Shown here in pieces: positions 1-9,664 of a stretch of DNA of 64,000 nt (position 1 is the first letter of the stretch; every line of letters begins with the position of its first letter). Under the pieces are notes generated by a model. It searched no databases. It saw only the letters and a list, made by a program, of their open reading frames with translations, and was not told the origin of the DNA. The stretch is from positions 38,154-102,153 of the IMG/VR virus record IMGVR_UViG_3300028874_000370. One strand, 5' to 3'. The position numbers and the translations under genes are program-made. The stretch comes from a virus.

Positions 1-15
1 ACTCTCCAATTGCGG

Positions 16-52
16 CTCATTCCTGACCAAAGTATTTATAGTCAGGAATGAG
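16..52 (-). promoter_or_regulatory. T4-type late promoter TATAAATA (33-40) in the loop of a 12-bp hairpin
   Basis: ctcattcctgac (16-27) and gtcaggaatgag (41-52) flank tatttata. Confidence 0.6.
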
Positions 53-71
53 ATTTTGGAGTTTAATGCGA

Positions 72-587
72 TTAATAAAGTAGTTCAGCAGCACTCATAT
101 CTTTGAGATATTTTGAATAAAGATCATGCGGGCCAATCATCACACATAGAATATTTTCGATATCATCACGCCTAACTTCGGGGCCTATTGGGTGACACAT
201 CATTGTTCCTTTAGCGACCATTGGATGATAACATGAATACACTGGATGTAAATCAACAACACGAATTTCACCCTTTCGGATTTTAGAATCATGTGCAGAC
301 ATCAATAAAACTTTATGGCTACCAGTAGCACAATTTGAAATAGGAACAGTATCAATCGTAGTTGTCTCATCATCAACAACCAAAATATTCCAAGATGCAG
401 GGATTATGAAAGTAAACCCTTCTACCATAACTTCAATAGAAGGACCTTTTGTTTCCTCAATATATGGGATAGTTGAAAGTTTAAAATCTTTCATTGATCC
501 TGAAAGAACCCAATGGTGTCGAGTCACCAAAGGTGTATCCAATGAATCCACGATAAGTGGGCGGGCGTAATCGGTGAAAATCAACAT
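72..587 (-). CDS. hypothetical protein
   Basis: 171-aa ORF tightly packed in the uvsW operon. Confidence 0.75.
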   Translation of the reverse strand: MLIFTDYARPLIVDSLDTPLVTRHHWVLSGSMKDFKLSTIPYIEETKGPSIEVMVEGFTFIIPASWNILVVDDETTTIDTVPISNCATGSHKVLLMSAHDSKIRKGEIRVVDLHPVYSCYHPMVAKGTMMCHPIGPEVRRDDIENILCVMIGPHDLYSKYLKDMSAAELLY

Positions 588-592
588 CAGGT

Positions 593-955
593 TTAGTATC
601 CTAGGGTTACAGCAAGTGCATCTGACATTTCTTCTAGCTTTTGTGATTCATCAATTTTAGGATTCATAGCTCTTTGAAGTTCATCAAAATTAAATGGAGT
701 CATATACACAAAATTAGACGGTTTGATTGGATTTATTGACAGACGGATATCACGATGTTCGATATCGAATTCTAAGGAAAAGCCTTGTATTTGATTAGAT
801 AAAACTAGTTTATCTAAGTCATTTTTCATATCTTGTAGTGTAATATCGTCCATAGGTTCCATCATGTATTTAGTTAGGAGTTGGCATCTTAAACTTAGTC
901 TAAGACGCTCAACATTCATTTTGTTGAGCGCGGTCATATTAAATCCCCAATGCAC
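593..955 (-). CDS. small protein resembling the tail-sheath C-terminal domain
   Basis: EPMDDITLQD...SINPIKPSNFVYM resembles sheath EPNDQITRDN...ALQPVIAAEFIYI (53402-55066); the start may be the ATG at ~937. Confidence 0.5.
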   Translation of the reverse strand: MHWGFNMTALNKMNVERLRLSLRCQLLTKYMMEPMDDITLQDMKNDLDKLVLSNQIQGFSLEFDIEHRDIRLSINPIKPSNFVYMTPFNFDELQRAMNPKIDESQKLEEMSDALAVTLGY

Positions 956-1565
956 GCACTAAGGTTTCTGGCATTTCTTTGTATGTTGGAGTATTCATTG
1001 AAAGAATCGCCCCAGACATTTCTGCTTCTAAATCAATCCCGGTAAACTTACCAACTTCGAGTTCATCGTCTGTTTTCTTGACCTGCCATGCCCCACCCGA
1101 TAATGAAACATCTGAAGTGTTCTCCACTGAAGCTTTTATATTTTCTAAGAATTTCTCAATTGCAAATTCTATTTCACTACGAACGTCAATAGAAAACACA
1201 TTGCGTTCAGGTATTGCATCGACTGTAGCTTTTCGTTGAAAGAACAGAATGCTGATATCCGGGTTATATCCGTTAATACCAGGAGCAATTTTAAATTCGC
1301 CAGTAAATGAAAAATTATCTAATACAAAAAGAGCATCGATATTCAATTGTCCTTTGTCAACAACTTCACTTGGATTATTTGATTCATCGCAAATTACTAT
1401 AGCTGAACGAGTTTCTTCAAAGCCATAAAGGTATTCGGTAATCAATGCGGTGATTGTTTCTCGTGTATCTTCATCATTGTAATAACCGACTACATGTTGA
1501 AGTAAATCTGTTAATTCAAAATGAATTTCTTCTACGATGACTTCTATTCTTGCTGGAATGTTCAT
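939..1565 (-). CDS. protein with an N-terminal tail-sheath C-terminal-like domain
   Basis: NDEDTRETI...ICDESNNPSEVVDKGQLNID versus sheath NDQITRDNL...LCDTSNNTPALIAQNQLWCD. Confidence 0.65.
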   Translation of the reverse strand: MNIPARIEVIVEEIHFELTDLLQHVVGYYNDEDTRETITALITEYLYGFEETRSAIVICDESNNPSEVVDKGQLNIDALFVLDNFSFTGEFKIAPGINGYNPDISILFFQRKATVDAIPERNVFSIDVRSEIEFAIEKFLENIKASVENTSDVSLSGGAWQVKKTDDELEVGKFTGIDLEAEMSGAILSMNTPTYKEMPETLVRALGI

Positions 1566-1580
1566 TATTTTTATCCTTAT

Positions 1581-2987
1581 TTAGTAGACGACTTTTCTTG
1601 GCTTAGAACGTGGATAGCCTGCTTCGTCATACCATTTGATACGTTCTTTCATATGTTTCTTCGAATACTTCAACGAAGAAGAAACATCTTTAACATAGAT
1701 TTTCTTTTTGTCTGATGCTAATCGTAATCCGCGCCCTAGAGATTGGATAGCTTTAATAAAAGATTTACCGGCATCGATTAGATACAAACAAAAAATCCGG
1801 TCAATAGAAATCCCAGTTGATGCAATTCCGGATGTTGCAATAACAATCACATCATTATGATCTTCATAGTTTTTATAATTATCTTTACGAAGATCTTTAT
1901 CACTTTCCCCAGAGAGGAAAACAGAATCTGGAATTAGCTTCTGGAGTTTTCGACCGAACTGAATACTATTTACAAGAACTAAAGTGTTCCCGTATTTGTT
2001 CATATCATTTTGAATTTCTTCTGCTAAATAATCAAGACGATCTTCAGCTCTAGCAAGATATGATTTTTCAGAACTATAATCAGGGAGGTCTACAGATTCT
2101 TGTGTTTGACTAAGATCAATTTCAATCTCGGCTAAGTAACCATTTTCAATTAGCCATTTTGATGGTATTGTTTTTAATATTTGGCCAATAGAACATTTCA
2201 AACTCATTTGATCTATAGGAGCTTTAGGGAATGTTCCTGTTACTCCAAATCGAAATGGGATATGGGACCCATGATCGTTAATTAGAGATTTTATCACCGT
2301 TGCAGCAGCTCCATGTGATTCATCAATGATCACAACTTGGAATAATTTCATGATATGAGGATTATTCTGAAGACTTTGCCACGTAGCAATCATATGAGTT
2401 GTATCTAATTCTTTTTTATCTCCAGAATATTCGCCAACATCCATTCCACACATCCGATAAGTGTCCGCTGTTTGCGTTACTAGGTCCCCAGATGGCACGA
2501 TGACTAGAGTCTTATAACCACTGCGGCCATACACTTCGGAGAGCCCTGCGGTCATAATTGACTTACCTGCCCCAGTTCCGGCGATAACAAAGCCAGAGCC
2601 TTCTTCGACTAGAGCATTAATAGCATCAACTTGATATTGTCGAATTTCTAGTGGTTGATTTTTATATCCGATGATGTGGCCGAACATATCAGTTGTTGCT
2701 CTGATAGTTGGATGGAGTGCAGATTTACGGTGATCTTCTAAAGTGATATCATATTCCCATTCTACTAGATAAGGAACAATATCAGGAAGTAAGCGACTAA
2801 AGGTTTTGCCAGTGGCTTCGAAAAATCTGATTCTACCATCCCACCGACCTAACTTAACAGCAGGAAGAAAAACTGCACCCTCAACTAGAATACCGAATTT
2901 GTTATACAGAATTTCTGTATGGGCTTTAGTGAGGCCTGTAATTGTACAAACTACTTCGTCTTTTATTGATATTTTTGCTGATGCCAT
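1581..2987 (-). CDS. uvsW: UvsW-like SF2 DNA helicase
   Basis: GRWDGRIR N-terminal motif, GTGAGKS, DESH, QSLGRGLR; adjacent to uvsY/uvsX. Confidence 0.92.
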   Translation of the reverse strand: MASAKISIKDEVVCTITGLTKAHTEILYNKFGILVEGAVFLPAVKLGRWDGRIRFFEATGKTFSRLLPDIVPYLVEWEYDITLEDHRKSALHPTIRATTDMFGHIIGYKNQPLEIRQYQVDAINALVEEGSGFVIAGTGAGKSIMTAGLSEVYGRSGYKTLVIVPSGDLVTQTADTYRMCGMDVGEYSGDKKELDTTHMIATWQSLQNNPHIMKLFQVVIIDESHGAAATVIKSLINDHGSHIPFRFGVTGTFPKAPIDQMSLKCSIGQILKTIPSKWLIENGYLAEIEIDLSQTQESVDLPDYSSEKSYLARAEDRLDYLAEEIQNDMNKYGNTLVLVNSIQFGRKLQKLIPDSVFLSGESDKDLRKDNYKNYEDHNDVIVIATSGIASTGISIDRIFCLYLIDAGKSFIKAIQSLGRGLRLASDKKKIYVKDVSSSLKYSKKHMKERIKWYDEAGYPRSKPRKVVY

Positions 2988-3080
2988 TACACATATTTTT
3001 ATTTTTATTGTTGTGTTTCATAGCAAAATAAGGAACTTCTTTGAGTCCCTTATTAGGTACTACTGTAGAAACTTATTTGA

Positions 3081-3251
3081 TTAGCACCAGAGTATGATGC
3101 TAACGAAAATGATGATACACCAAATAACGAATTTCACTGCCCAATAAGCCAGACCTAAAAGAAAGGTCCCAAGAACAATTATCGCAAACCATTCAAACAA
3201 AGACGGGGTTGGAGCCTTGGCTGGTTCGCGTTTTGCTAATGTGGTTCTCAT
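3081..3251 (-). CDS. small membrane protein (56 aa, absent from ORF track)
   Basis: MRTTLAKREPAKAPTPSLFEWFAIIVLGTFLLGLAYWAVKFVIWCIIIFVSIILWC; upstream promoter-like TGTACT-N17-TACTAT (3309-3281). Confidence 0.6.
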   Translation of the reverse strand: MRTTLAKREPAKAPTPSLFEWFAIIVLGTFLLGLAYWAVKFVIWCIIIFVSIILWC

Positions 3252-3316
3252 GATGTTCTCTTAATTGGAGTAGTTAATTCATAGTATCATGAATTAAAGT
3301 GAAAGTACACAGTTAT

Positions 3317-3775
3317 TTACACGACTGCATATTCTAATTCTTTAACACGGAGTTCAGTAACATGTTTGATTTGGAATCCCATCGATTCTAATCCTTTTGA
3401 ATAGGCCTCTAATTCTCTGCGGACTAAGAGAATTTCGTGTTTTAATTCCATCATATCTAGATAATCTTGCTCGCCACCAATATAAGCAATGATATCTTTT
3501 TGTGATAGTTTCACATTATAATTTTCGGTATATTTTTTCCAAAGAGGAGCTTCTACTTCTTTCAATCTAACATCAAATGTATCTTCCAATGATTTCATTT
3601 GAGCTAAATGCCTATTAGTTTGCCATACACACTTGGCATGCTCTTTACTAACTTCTTCTAATAATCGTCCATAAAAATTAGTACATTCATCAGCTTTTGA
3701 TAAGTGTATACGCGCCAACTCTATTTGTTTGTTAATAGAATTTATGTTGGCAAATGCTTCTGTGACAATTGACAT
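3317..3775 (-). CDS. uvsY: UvsY-like recombination mediator
   Basis: helical 152-aa protein ending KGLESMGFQIKHVTELR; lies between uvsX and uvsW. Confidence 0.75.
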   Translation of the reverse strand: MSIVTEAFANINSINKQIELARIHLSKADECTNFYGRLLEEVSKEHAKCVWQTNRHLAQMKSLEDTFDVRLKEVEAPLWKKYTENYNVKLSQKDIIAYIGGEQDYLDMMELKHEILLVRRELEAYSKGLESMGFQIKHVTELRVKELEYAVV

Positions 3776-3790
3776 AAAATTAATTTAAAT

Positions 3791-3823
3791 AAAAAAGAGG
3801 CTATTTTGCAAAATAGCCTCTTT
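3791..3823 (-). terminator. intrinsic terminator
   Basis: aaaaaagaggctattttgcaaaatagcctcttt inverted repeat. Confidence 0.7.
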
Positions 3824-3830
3824 AGTTGTG

Positions 3831-4019
3831 TTATTCTTCTTCTTCCATACGTTCAACGATAACTAGATCTTGGCCACTATGAACATATTGTTCTGTTCTT
3901 TCGCCTTGCTTTAAAGTAGCAAGAATTGAAATCAACAAACCATTTTTATCCATTGTGAAAATATCGATCTCATCAGCATGATTGTTATCCGGCAATTCTA
4001 TTATTACGCGAGTTGTCAT
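3831..4019 (-). CDS. hypothetical protein
   Basis: 62-aa ORF directly downstream of uvsX. Confidence 0.6.
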   Translation of the reverse strand: MTTRVIIELPDNNHADEIDIFTMDKNGLLISILATLKQGERTEQYVHSGQDLVIVERMEEEE

Positions 4020-4021
4020 TA

Positions 4022-5092
4022 TTATTCCTCTGTATTAGCTTGTTGTGTTTCTACAATCAAAGCATCTAATTCAGCATCAGCTTGTTCGAAATCTTCTTCC
4101 ATCTTTCGGATCGTTGGATGTTTAATCAATTTCTGCCAAATCTCGTCGGTCAGTGTAGATTCTTTAAACTTAAGAACTTCACCATTCACTGTGGTAGTCA
4201 CACTATGTCCTTCTTTTGTTACGATGCCATCAGATTCTAGAAGTTCTACTACTCCGCTAAACTTATTCATTCCTGTTGAATATGGAACTTCAACTTCGGT
4301 CTTAGTCTTTGGTTTAGCAAATCGGGACTTATATGATTCAACTCGCAGTTTGATCCCAATAAAATTAGCATCTTCTTTCAAATTCAATTTAGTAAGTAAT
4401 GCAATTTGTGATGTTGAATATTTCACACCATTAGTAATGGCCCATGGGCCATCGCCTAACATCGGATCTTGTGGATATACCTGATCAGTAAACAACATCG
4501 GAATATCAAGACGCGCAAAACGTGCTACCAATGAACGAAGTAAATGTTTTTTAAGCTTTGCAGATTGGCCTTGATCACCAGTCTGAACACCCTTTTCAAA
4601 TTTCTCATCTTCACCAGCAGTTAATAGATTGCCAAGTGAGTCTAATACTATAAGAACATCGAGTGCATCTTTGTTGTAACGTCCAAATTCTTTTTCATAT
4701 CCAACCAAAAAGTCCGAAAGAACTTTAGTCACATCTTGAATAGTAACGACTTGGATGTATTGAAGTTTATCTGGTGAAATATCAACACCAATTTTCTTCA
4801 TGAATACCGGATCTAATGCATTTTCTGAATCAATAACTAAAATGAAAGCGCCTTCGTTCTGTGCTTCGCGAATTGCATTACATGTTAGAAATGATTTACC
4901 TGATGCTGAAGGACCAGCGAATAGCGATAGGCGACCTGCTGGATATCCGCGAATATATGAACCGGATAAGACTCGATTGATCGCATAATTGCCTGTTGAA
5001 TACCACTTCTTTGGCGGTTGGAAAATAGTAGAAACATTCTCCATTTTGTCCAACTTTTTTCTGAACTCTTTTAAGAAACTAAAGGTTGCCAT
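4022..5092 (-). CDS. uvsX: UvsX/RecA-like recombinase
   Basis: GPSASGKS Walker A, IDSENA, VLDSLGNL, KSRFAKP. Confidence 0.93.
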   Translation of the reverse strand: MATFSFLKEFRKKLDKMENVSTIFQPPKKWYSTGNYAINRVLSGSYIRGYPAGRLSLFAGPSASGKSFLTCNAIREAQNEGAFILVIDSENALDPVFMKKIGVDISPDKLQYIQVVTIQDVTKVLSDFLVGYEKEFGRYNKDALDVLIVLDSLGNLLTAGEDEKFEKGVQTGDQGQSAKLKKHLLRSLVARFARLDIPMLFTDQVYPQDPMLGDGPWAITNGVKYSTSQIALLTKLNLKEDANFIGIKLRVESYKSRFAKPKTKTEVEVPYSTGMNKFSGVVELLESDGIVTKEGHSVTTTVNGEVLKFKESTLTDEIWQKLIKHPTIRKMEEDFEQADAELDALIVETQQANTEE

Positions 5093-5205
5093 GAGATTTT
5101 CTCCTGAGATTATTATTTTATTTTTATGGAGTAAAAATCTAGAGATCTTTTACAATCTCTAGATTTAATATGCATATGCTAATTACAACTTAGCACAGAT
5201 ATTTC

Positions 5206-6189
5206 TTAGGCAGTTTCAGCTGCTGCGGCAGCCGCTTTATTAGCAGCAGCACGTTCACGAATTTGAGCTAAGACATCAGTCACTTTACCTGGAACTTGTG
5301 CTGAAATAGAGGTGGTATCAACATCAGGAGTTTCAACAGCTTCCATCACTGAAGATGAAGAAGTGTAAGCGCTAGGAGTAGCTTCACTAGGAGTTGATTC
5401 GTTAGAAGCCTTAGTTGGCAAAACTAGTGGTTGACCGGTGCGATCAGCAAGAAGTAATGCTTCTACTACAGCTAAATCAGTCTTCCGACTACGAAGAGTT
5501 GAAAGATCATACAAATTCAAATTAGCAATTACATCATCATCTAAGTCTGATTGCTTTGGAGCGAAAGATGACAAGGTGTAATTAGCACTAGTGCCTTGCA
5601 TTGACTTCTTGATACGGAAATCATATCCGCCTTTTTCTTCGAACGGAACATTTTCAAGATCCCCAGAACCAAAAGCAGCTTGGATCAAATTGAAAATTTG
5701 AGGTCCTAACTTAATAGGAGCTTCATGTTCATGTCCTTCATTACCAGCAAAATCAACAGTTGATGATTGGATCTTAACTTGAGCTAAATATTCGCGCTTG
5801 CGGAAGTACTTCTTACCCAGTGTGGTCAAAGGACCAGCAAAAATACCTTTAGCCGGATCTGGTTTTGGTTCGCCAGCAGCTTTTGCTTCGTTGTAATATT
5901 GACGGGAGAGTTCGCAAACAGGACATTTTTCACCATACATTTCAAGACATGCCACTACACGTGTCTTACCACCGATGTTGAATGAGTGCGTGAAATTTTC
6001 TACTACGAATTGGCGGGGATTATCTGGGTTAGCATCGCGGAGGAAACGAACGACGTTAGTTTCGCCTTCCAACATTTTCCAAAAATCAAAGTACTGAGTA
6101 TAAACAATCTCATTCTTTGCCTTTGGCAAAAGTTTTTCTTGTAATGCTTTTAGTTGTGCTAGCTTTTCTTCGCGGGTTGAATTTGACAT
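5206..6189 (-). CDS. gp32-like single-stranded DNA-binding protein
   Basis: VVRFL, CLEMYGEKCPVC Zn site, GYDFRIKK, NYTLSSF, low-complexity tail. Confidence 0.85.
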   Translation of the reverse strand: MSNSTREEKLAQLKALQEKLLPKAKNEIVYTQYFDFWKMLEGETNVVRFLRDANPDNPRQFVVENFTHSFNIGGKTRVVACLEMYGEKCPVCELSRQYYNEAKAAGEPKPDPAKGIFAGPLTTLGKKYFRKREYLAQVKIQSSTVDFAGNEGHEHEAPIKLGPQIFNLIQAAFGSGDLENVPFEEKGGYDFRIKKSMQGTSANYTLSSFAPKQSDLDDDVIANLNLYDLSTLRSRKTDLAVVEALLLADRTGQPLVLPTKASNESTPSEATPSAYTSSSSVMEAVETPDVDTTSISAQVPGKVTDVLAQIRERAAANKAAAAAAETA

Positions 6190-6266
6190 AAAATGTTACT
6201 CCAAAATTAGTTATTAAAATTTTTATAAAATAGACTACAAAGTTTTGTCACGTTGCATGACAAGAG

Positions 6267-6274
6267 TATTTATA
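6267..6274 (-). promoter_or_regulatory. late promoter TATAAATA upstream of SSB
   Basis: tatttata on the + strand. Confidence 0.5.
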
Positions 6275-6461
6275 GTAGATTTTTGGATGTAACGGAAAAC
6301 CGAATAAGATTTATTTTGAATAAATCTTAGGCGCATTATTACCGTTTGTTATTATTGGTTTTGGTTAAGCGTGTATTGTACTACGTATTTTAATTATTCA
6401 TCAGGATCGGTGAGAGGGTTCACCGTCCTTGAGTTTTTAATATGGTTTAGACCATGAAGCT

Positions 6462-6490
6462 ATTCTACTACGGGACCAACGGAATGTACA
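6462..6490 (-). promoter_or_regulatory. early-type promoter TGTACA-N17-TAGAAT
   Basis: same pattern as other putative early promoters in the window. Confidence 0.55.
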
Positions 6491-6507
6491 ATAATATGTT
6501 CTTGGTA

Positions 6508-7698
6508 TTATTGGATTTTACATTTTGTTTGGCCATCAACATTAGTCATAACAAGTTCTACGTAATCTGTTTCTTTGCCTAACCAAGGCATAGAAATTCT
6601 AGAATACTGATCCATCACAGCGACCATAGGTACACACTTATCTGTGCGGGCCTTTTGGCGACCCGCCAATTCTTTACGAGTGATAGGAAACAAAACACAA
6701 ACAATGTCATATCCGCTTTTTTTGGCCTCATAGATATAATCACCCCGAGCATCACTTGATACATTAGTGTTATCTACTATGATTGACACATTAGATTTAA
6801 CAAGATCTCGGAATATTCTATCAGCGTATTGCCTAAATGGTCCGCGATGCTTGCCACAATATGCAAAGGCTCTTCCATATGCATCAACAGGATTACTTCC
6901 TTTGACTCCATTATCCGCAGCGTATGAAAGCCTAGAGGCATCTAATGAAAAATATGATGCTCCATCTTTAATTTTTTTATCAGAATATGTTGACTTACCG
7001 GATCCAGAGGCCCCGATTAATACATACAGTTTAGGAGCACTACACCCAAGAACTTGAAGATCAGATCTCTTAAGAGAATAATTAGCTTTAAGTTTTTTAA
7101 TCCCATCAACAAAAGCAAATACTTCGGCCAAGTTCTTTTCATGATCATCCGAAATCCGACCAGATTGATCGGAAATAATTTGGTCATAATATACATTAGC
7201 TAACTCACCAAATTCAAATGGCTCTGAATCAAGTTGATTGCGAATATGCTGCAAATCTTCTGGAGTATCCAGATCATGAGGCAAATGGTTTTCTATGATC
7301 CATGAGATCACATAGATATCAGAATCTTTAAGACCAAATGTCTTCTTCAATTGTTTCCATTTGTTCCAATTCTCGACAGCGTATTCTTCCCACAAACGAG
7401 CAGACTTATGTTCATGGCCACCAAACGAAGTATATGTTCCTCGAGATTCTGAAGTCTTTGTTTTAGCTGCACTAGGTTTTCCCGTATCATGAAAGACCAC
7501 GGATAGAAAGGTCAAGGCTTGCTGGCGGTCAGTCCGATGTTGAGCAAAGTTCTCGAAGTAATGATCTAAGATCATTTCAACATGTTTTGAGACAGAAGAT
7601 TCCCGGTGCCAAGGTGAATTTTCGCATGTGGCTTCCATATCTGTCCACAGCTTAGTAACCTTGAATTCATCAAGGAATTTTTGAAATTTTGGTAACAT
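6508..7698 (-). CDS. HD-domain phosphohydrolase fused to P-loop (polynucleotide kinase-like) kinase
   Basis: PWHRE, FHDTGKP, ENHL, D..GR; then GASGSGKST and VDNTN. Confidence 0.85.
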   Translation of the reverse strand: MLPKFQKFLDEFKVTKLWTDMEATCENSPWHRESSVSKHVEMILDHYFENFAQHRTDRQQALTFLSVVFHDTGKPSAAKTKTSESRGTYTSFGGHEHKSARLWEEYAVENWNKWKQLKKTFGLKDSDIYVISWIIENHLPHDLDTPEDLQHIRNQLDSEPFEFGELANVYYDQIISDQSGRISDDHEKNLAEVFAFVDGIKKLKANYSLKRSDLQVLGCSAPKLYVLIGASGSGKSTYSDKKIKDGASYFSLDASRLSYAADNGVKGSNPVDAYGRAFAYCGKHRGPFRQYADRIFRDLVKSNVSIIVDNTNVSSDARGDYIYEAKKSGYDIVCVLFPITRKELAGRQKARTDKCVPMVAVMDQYSRISMPWLGKETDYVELVMTNVDGQTKCKIQ

Positions 7699-7781
7699 GA
7701 TATCCAACTTATTATTATTTTATTATTGAGGATTGTTGCTCCTCTTTTATTTCATTGTAATGTAGTTGTGGATATCCGTAA

Positions 7782-8126
7782 CTAGATAAATGGATTCCAC
7801 GCAAACATTTTCTTATATCCCGGTTTTACTACATCTTTGTTTCGCCAAGTAAATAACCAAGTTGGTCTACAAGGACTAGTCTTATCAATACAATCCTCAG
7901 GACATGTATACGTAACAGTTTTCTTAAACGGGAGTTCTATCCGGATAAATGTTCCTTCTTGAACAGGCATTCTATGAAAAGCAGAAACATCTCTACCGTC
8001 TTCACTCCGCTTAATCTCTTCTACATCCATATTACGGTGTATTTTACCAAAGGCAAAAATGATCCCTAGTTTATATACATCGCCATATGCCGATAAATTT
8101 ATATCATATTTCTTAAATAATTTCAT
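7782..8126 (-). CDS. hypothetical protein
   Basis: 114-aa ORF with AAGGA RBS. Confidence 0.65.
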   Translation of the reverse strand: MKLFKKYDINLSAYGDVYKLGIIFAFGKIHRNMDVEEIKRSEDGRDVSAFHRMPVQEGTFIRIELPFKKTVTYTCPEDCIDKTSPCRPTWLFTWRNKDVVKPGYKKMFAWNPFI

Positions 8127-8137
8127 TATAGTTCCTT

Positions 8138-9664
8138 TTAAAATATCATTGGTGCAGCTTCATTACCATAAGGATCATCGCTATCAAGAAGATCATCATC
8201 CTCAGTCGAATACATCATCTCAAATACTGATTCTTCATAATCCGCTGCTTTCTTTAATACATTCATAACAATCAACATGGCTGCTACTAAGTCATCTGTT
8301 GCACCGGGTTTAGCATGATATGTTGTCTTACCATTCGAAATATAATTCTTGAGTTCCATCAATAGTAATTCAGAATTAACAGTGAGACCTCCAGTAGTTT
8401 TTTCTATTAATCGTTTTAATTCTAGGCAAGCTAGTAATTTGGATTTGGCTGAAGTATTCATTCCAATCCGATCATCATCGCTAAGCAGGACGGCGTCAGG
8501 GAACTTGTCTTCATTTTGGTATAGTGCAACAATAGAAGCACCAACGCCGTTGTTCTCGAAGCTCCAGTAGACCTCAGGGGACTTTCCTCGATCAGTCTTA
8601 GGTGCCTTTAGATAAGTCAGTATCCATTTGATTCTGGCATACAATTGTTGCGGTGTAATTGTATTAGATCTAAATTCAGCGAATTGTTTCATTGATGGAA
8701 ATTCAAGAACTTGGATAGTCGAATAATCCCCAGAGACGCCTACTGAAATATCAACACCAACATAGTATGAATTTCTGACATCGACCTCACCCCAGAATTT
8801 AAATCCGCGATCTTCCATAATAGGCATAGAAGATTTAAGTTGTTGGAGCTTAATTGAATTAATCAATAATGGATCCGATGATAAAAATTCACATCCATAC
8901 TCTTGGCGAAATTTCAATTCGCCAATTTGGCCAATCATTTTATCTTTGAACGTCGCATCTCTTTCCGGATGTGCATCCCACGAAGTTTCGAATGGAGTAA
9001 ACCCATTTGTCCCAAGAACTGCGCCGCGCCATAAGGTAGCAAACAATTCATTATCGCCATTAGGCGTTGATGAAATAATTAAATCGCCACCAGTTGATAA
9101 TGTTGGCGCCATCGAAGTCCATAAATCTTCCTGAATAGATTTACGAACGAAAGCAATTTCATCAATGAAAATTTTAGCACAAGCAAGACCACGACCAGTA
9201 TTAGCTGTTGTCGCTTGTGATATCATTCTAGAATCATTATCAAATTCTATTGAAGTCTTATTGTAGCTCTTAACACCCGGTTTCAGCCAATGTGGAAGTT
9301 CTTCATACGCATATTGAATTCTCTGCATAATTTCAATAGCATTACTGAATTTATTACTAGCAACAAGAACCAATTTATCCGAATGGAAAATAGCAAACCA
9401 AAAGAAATAAATTGCAACAGTCAATGTTTTACCTTGTTGACGCCCAACTTTCAGAATATTAAATTTATTGGCATGCAGTTGTTTAACCATATCTATTTGA
9501 TATGGGTATAAAATAAACTTTACTTTCCCTCTTACCGGATGTTGTATGTAAACATAATTCTCCATAAAGTACACAGGATCTTTCTTACACTTAACTAATT
9601 CTTGGATTAATTCTGGTGTATATTCAGAAAGAGCATTTGGCGCTTTTAAATAATCATTCGCCAT
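8138..9664 (-). CDS. terL: terminase large subunit (T4 gp17-like)
   Basis: GRQQGKT, IFIDE, SSTPNG, GVDIS/DYST nuclease motifs, DDLV. Confidence 0.95.
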   Translation of the reverse strand: MANDYLKAPNALSEYTPELIQELVKCKKDPVYFMENYVYIQHPVRGKVKFILYPYQIDMVKQLHANKFNILKVGRQQGKTLTVAIYFFWFAIFHSDKLVLVASNKFSNAIEIMQRIQYAYEELPHWLKPGVKSYNKTSIEFDNDSRMISQATTANTGRGLACAKIFIDEIAFVRKSIQEDLWTSMAPTLSTGGDLIISSTPNGDNELFATLWRGAVLGTNGFTPFETSWDAHPERDATFKDKMIGQIGELKFRQEYGCEFLSSDPLLINSIKLQQLKSSMPIMEDRGFKFWGEVDVRNSYYVGVDISVGVSGDYSTIQVLEFPSMKQFAEFRSNTITPQQLYARIKWILTYLKAPKTDRGKSPEVYWSFENNGVGASIVALYQNEDKFPDAVLLSDDDRIGMNTSAKSKLLACLELKRLIEKTTGGLTVNSELLLMELKNYISNGKTTYHAKPGATDDLVAAMLIVMNVLKKAADYEESVFEMMYSTEDDDLLDSDDPYGNEAAPMIF

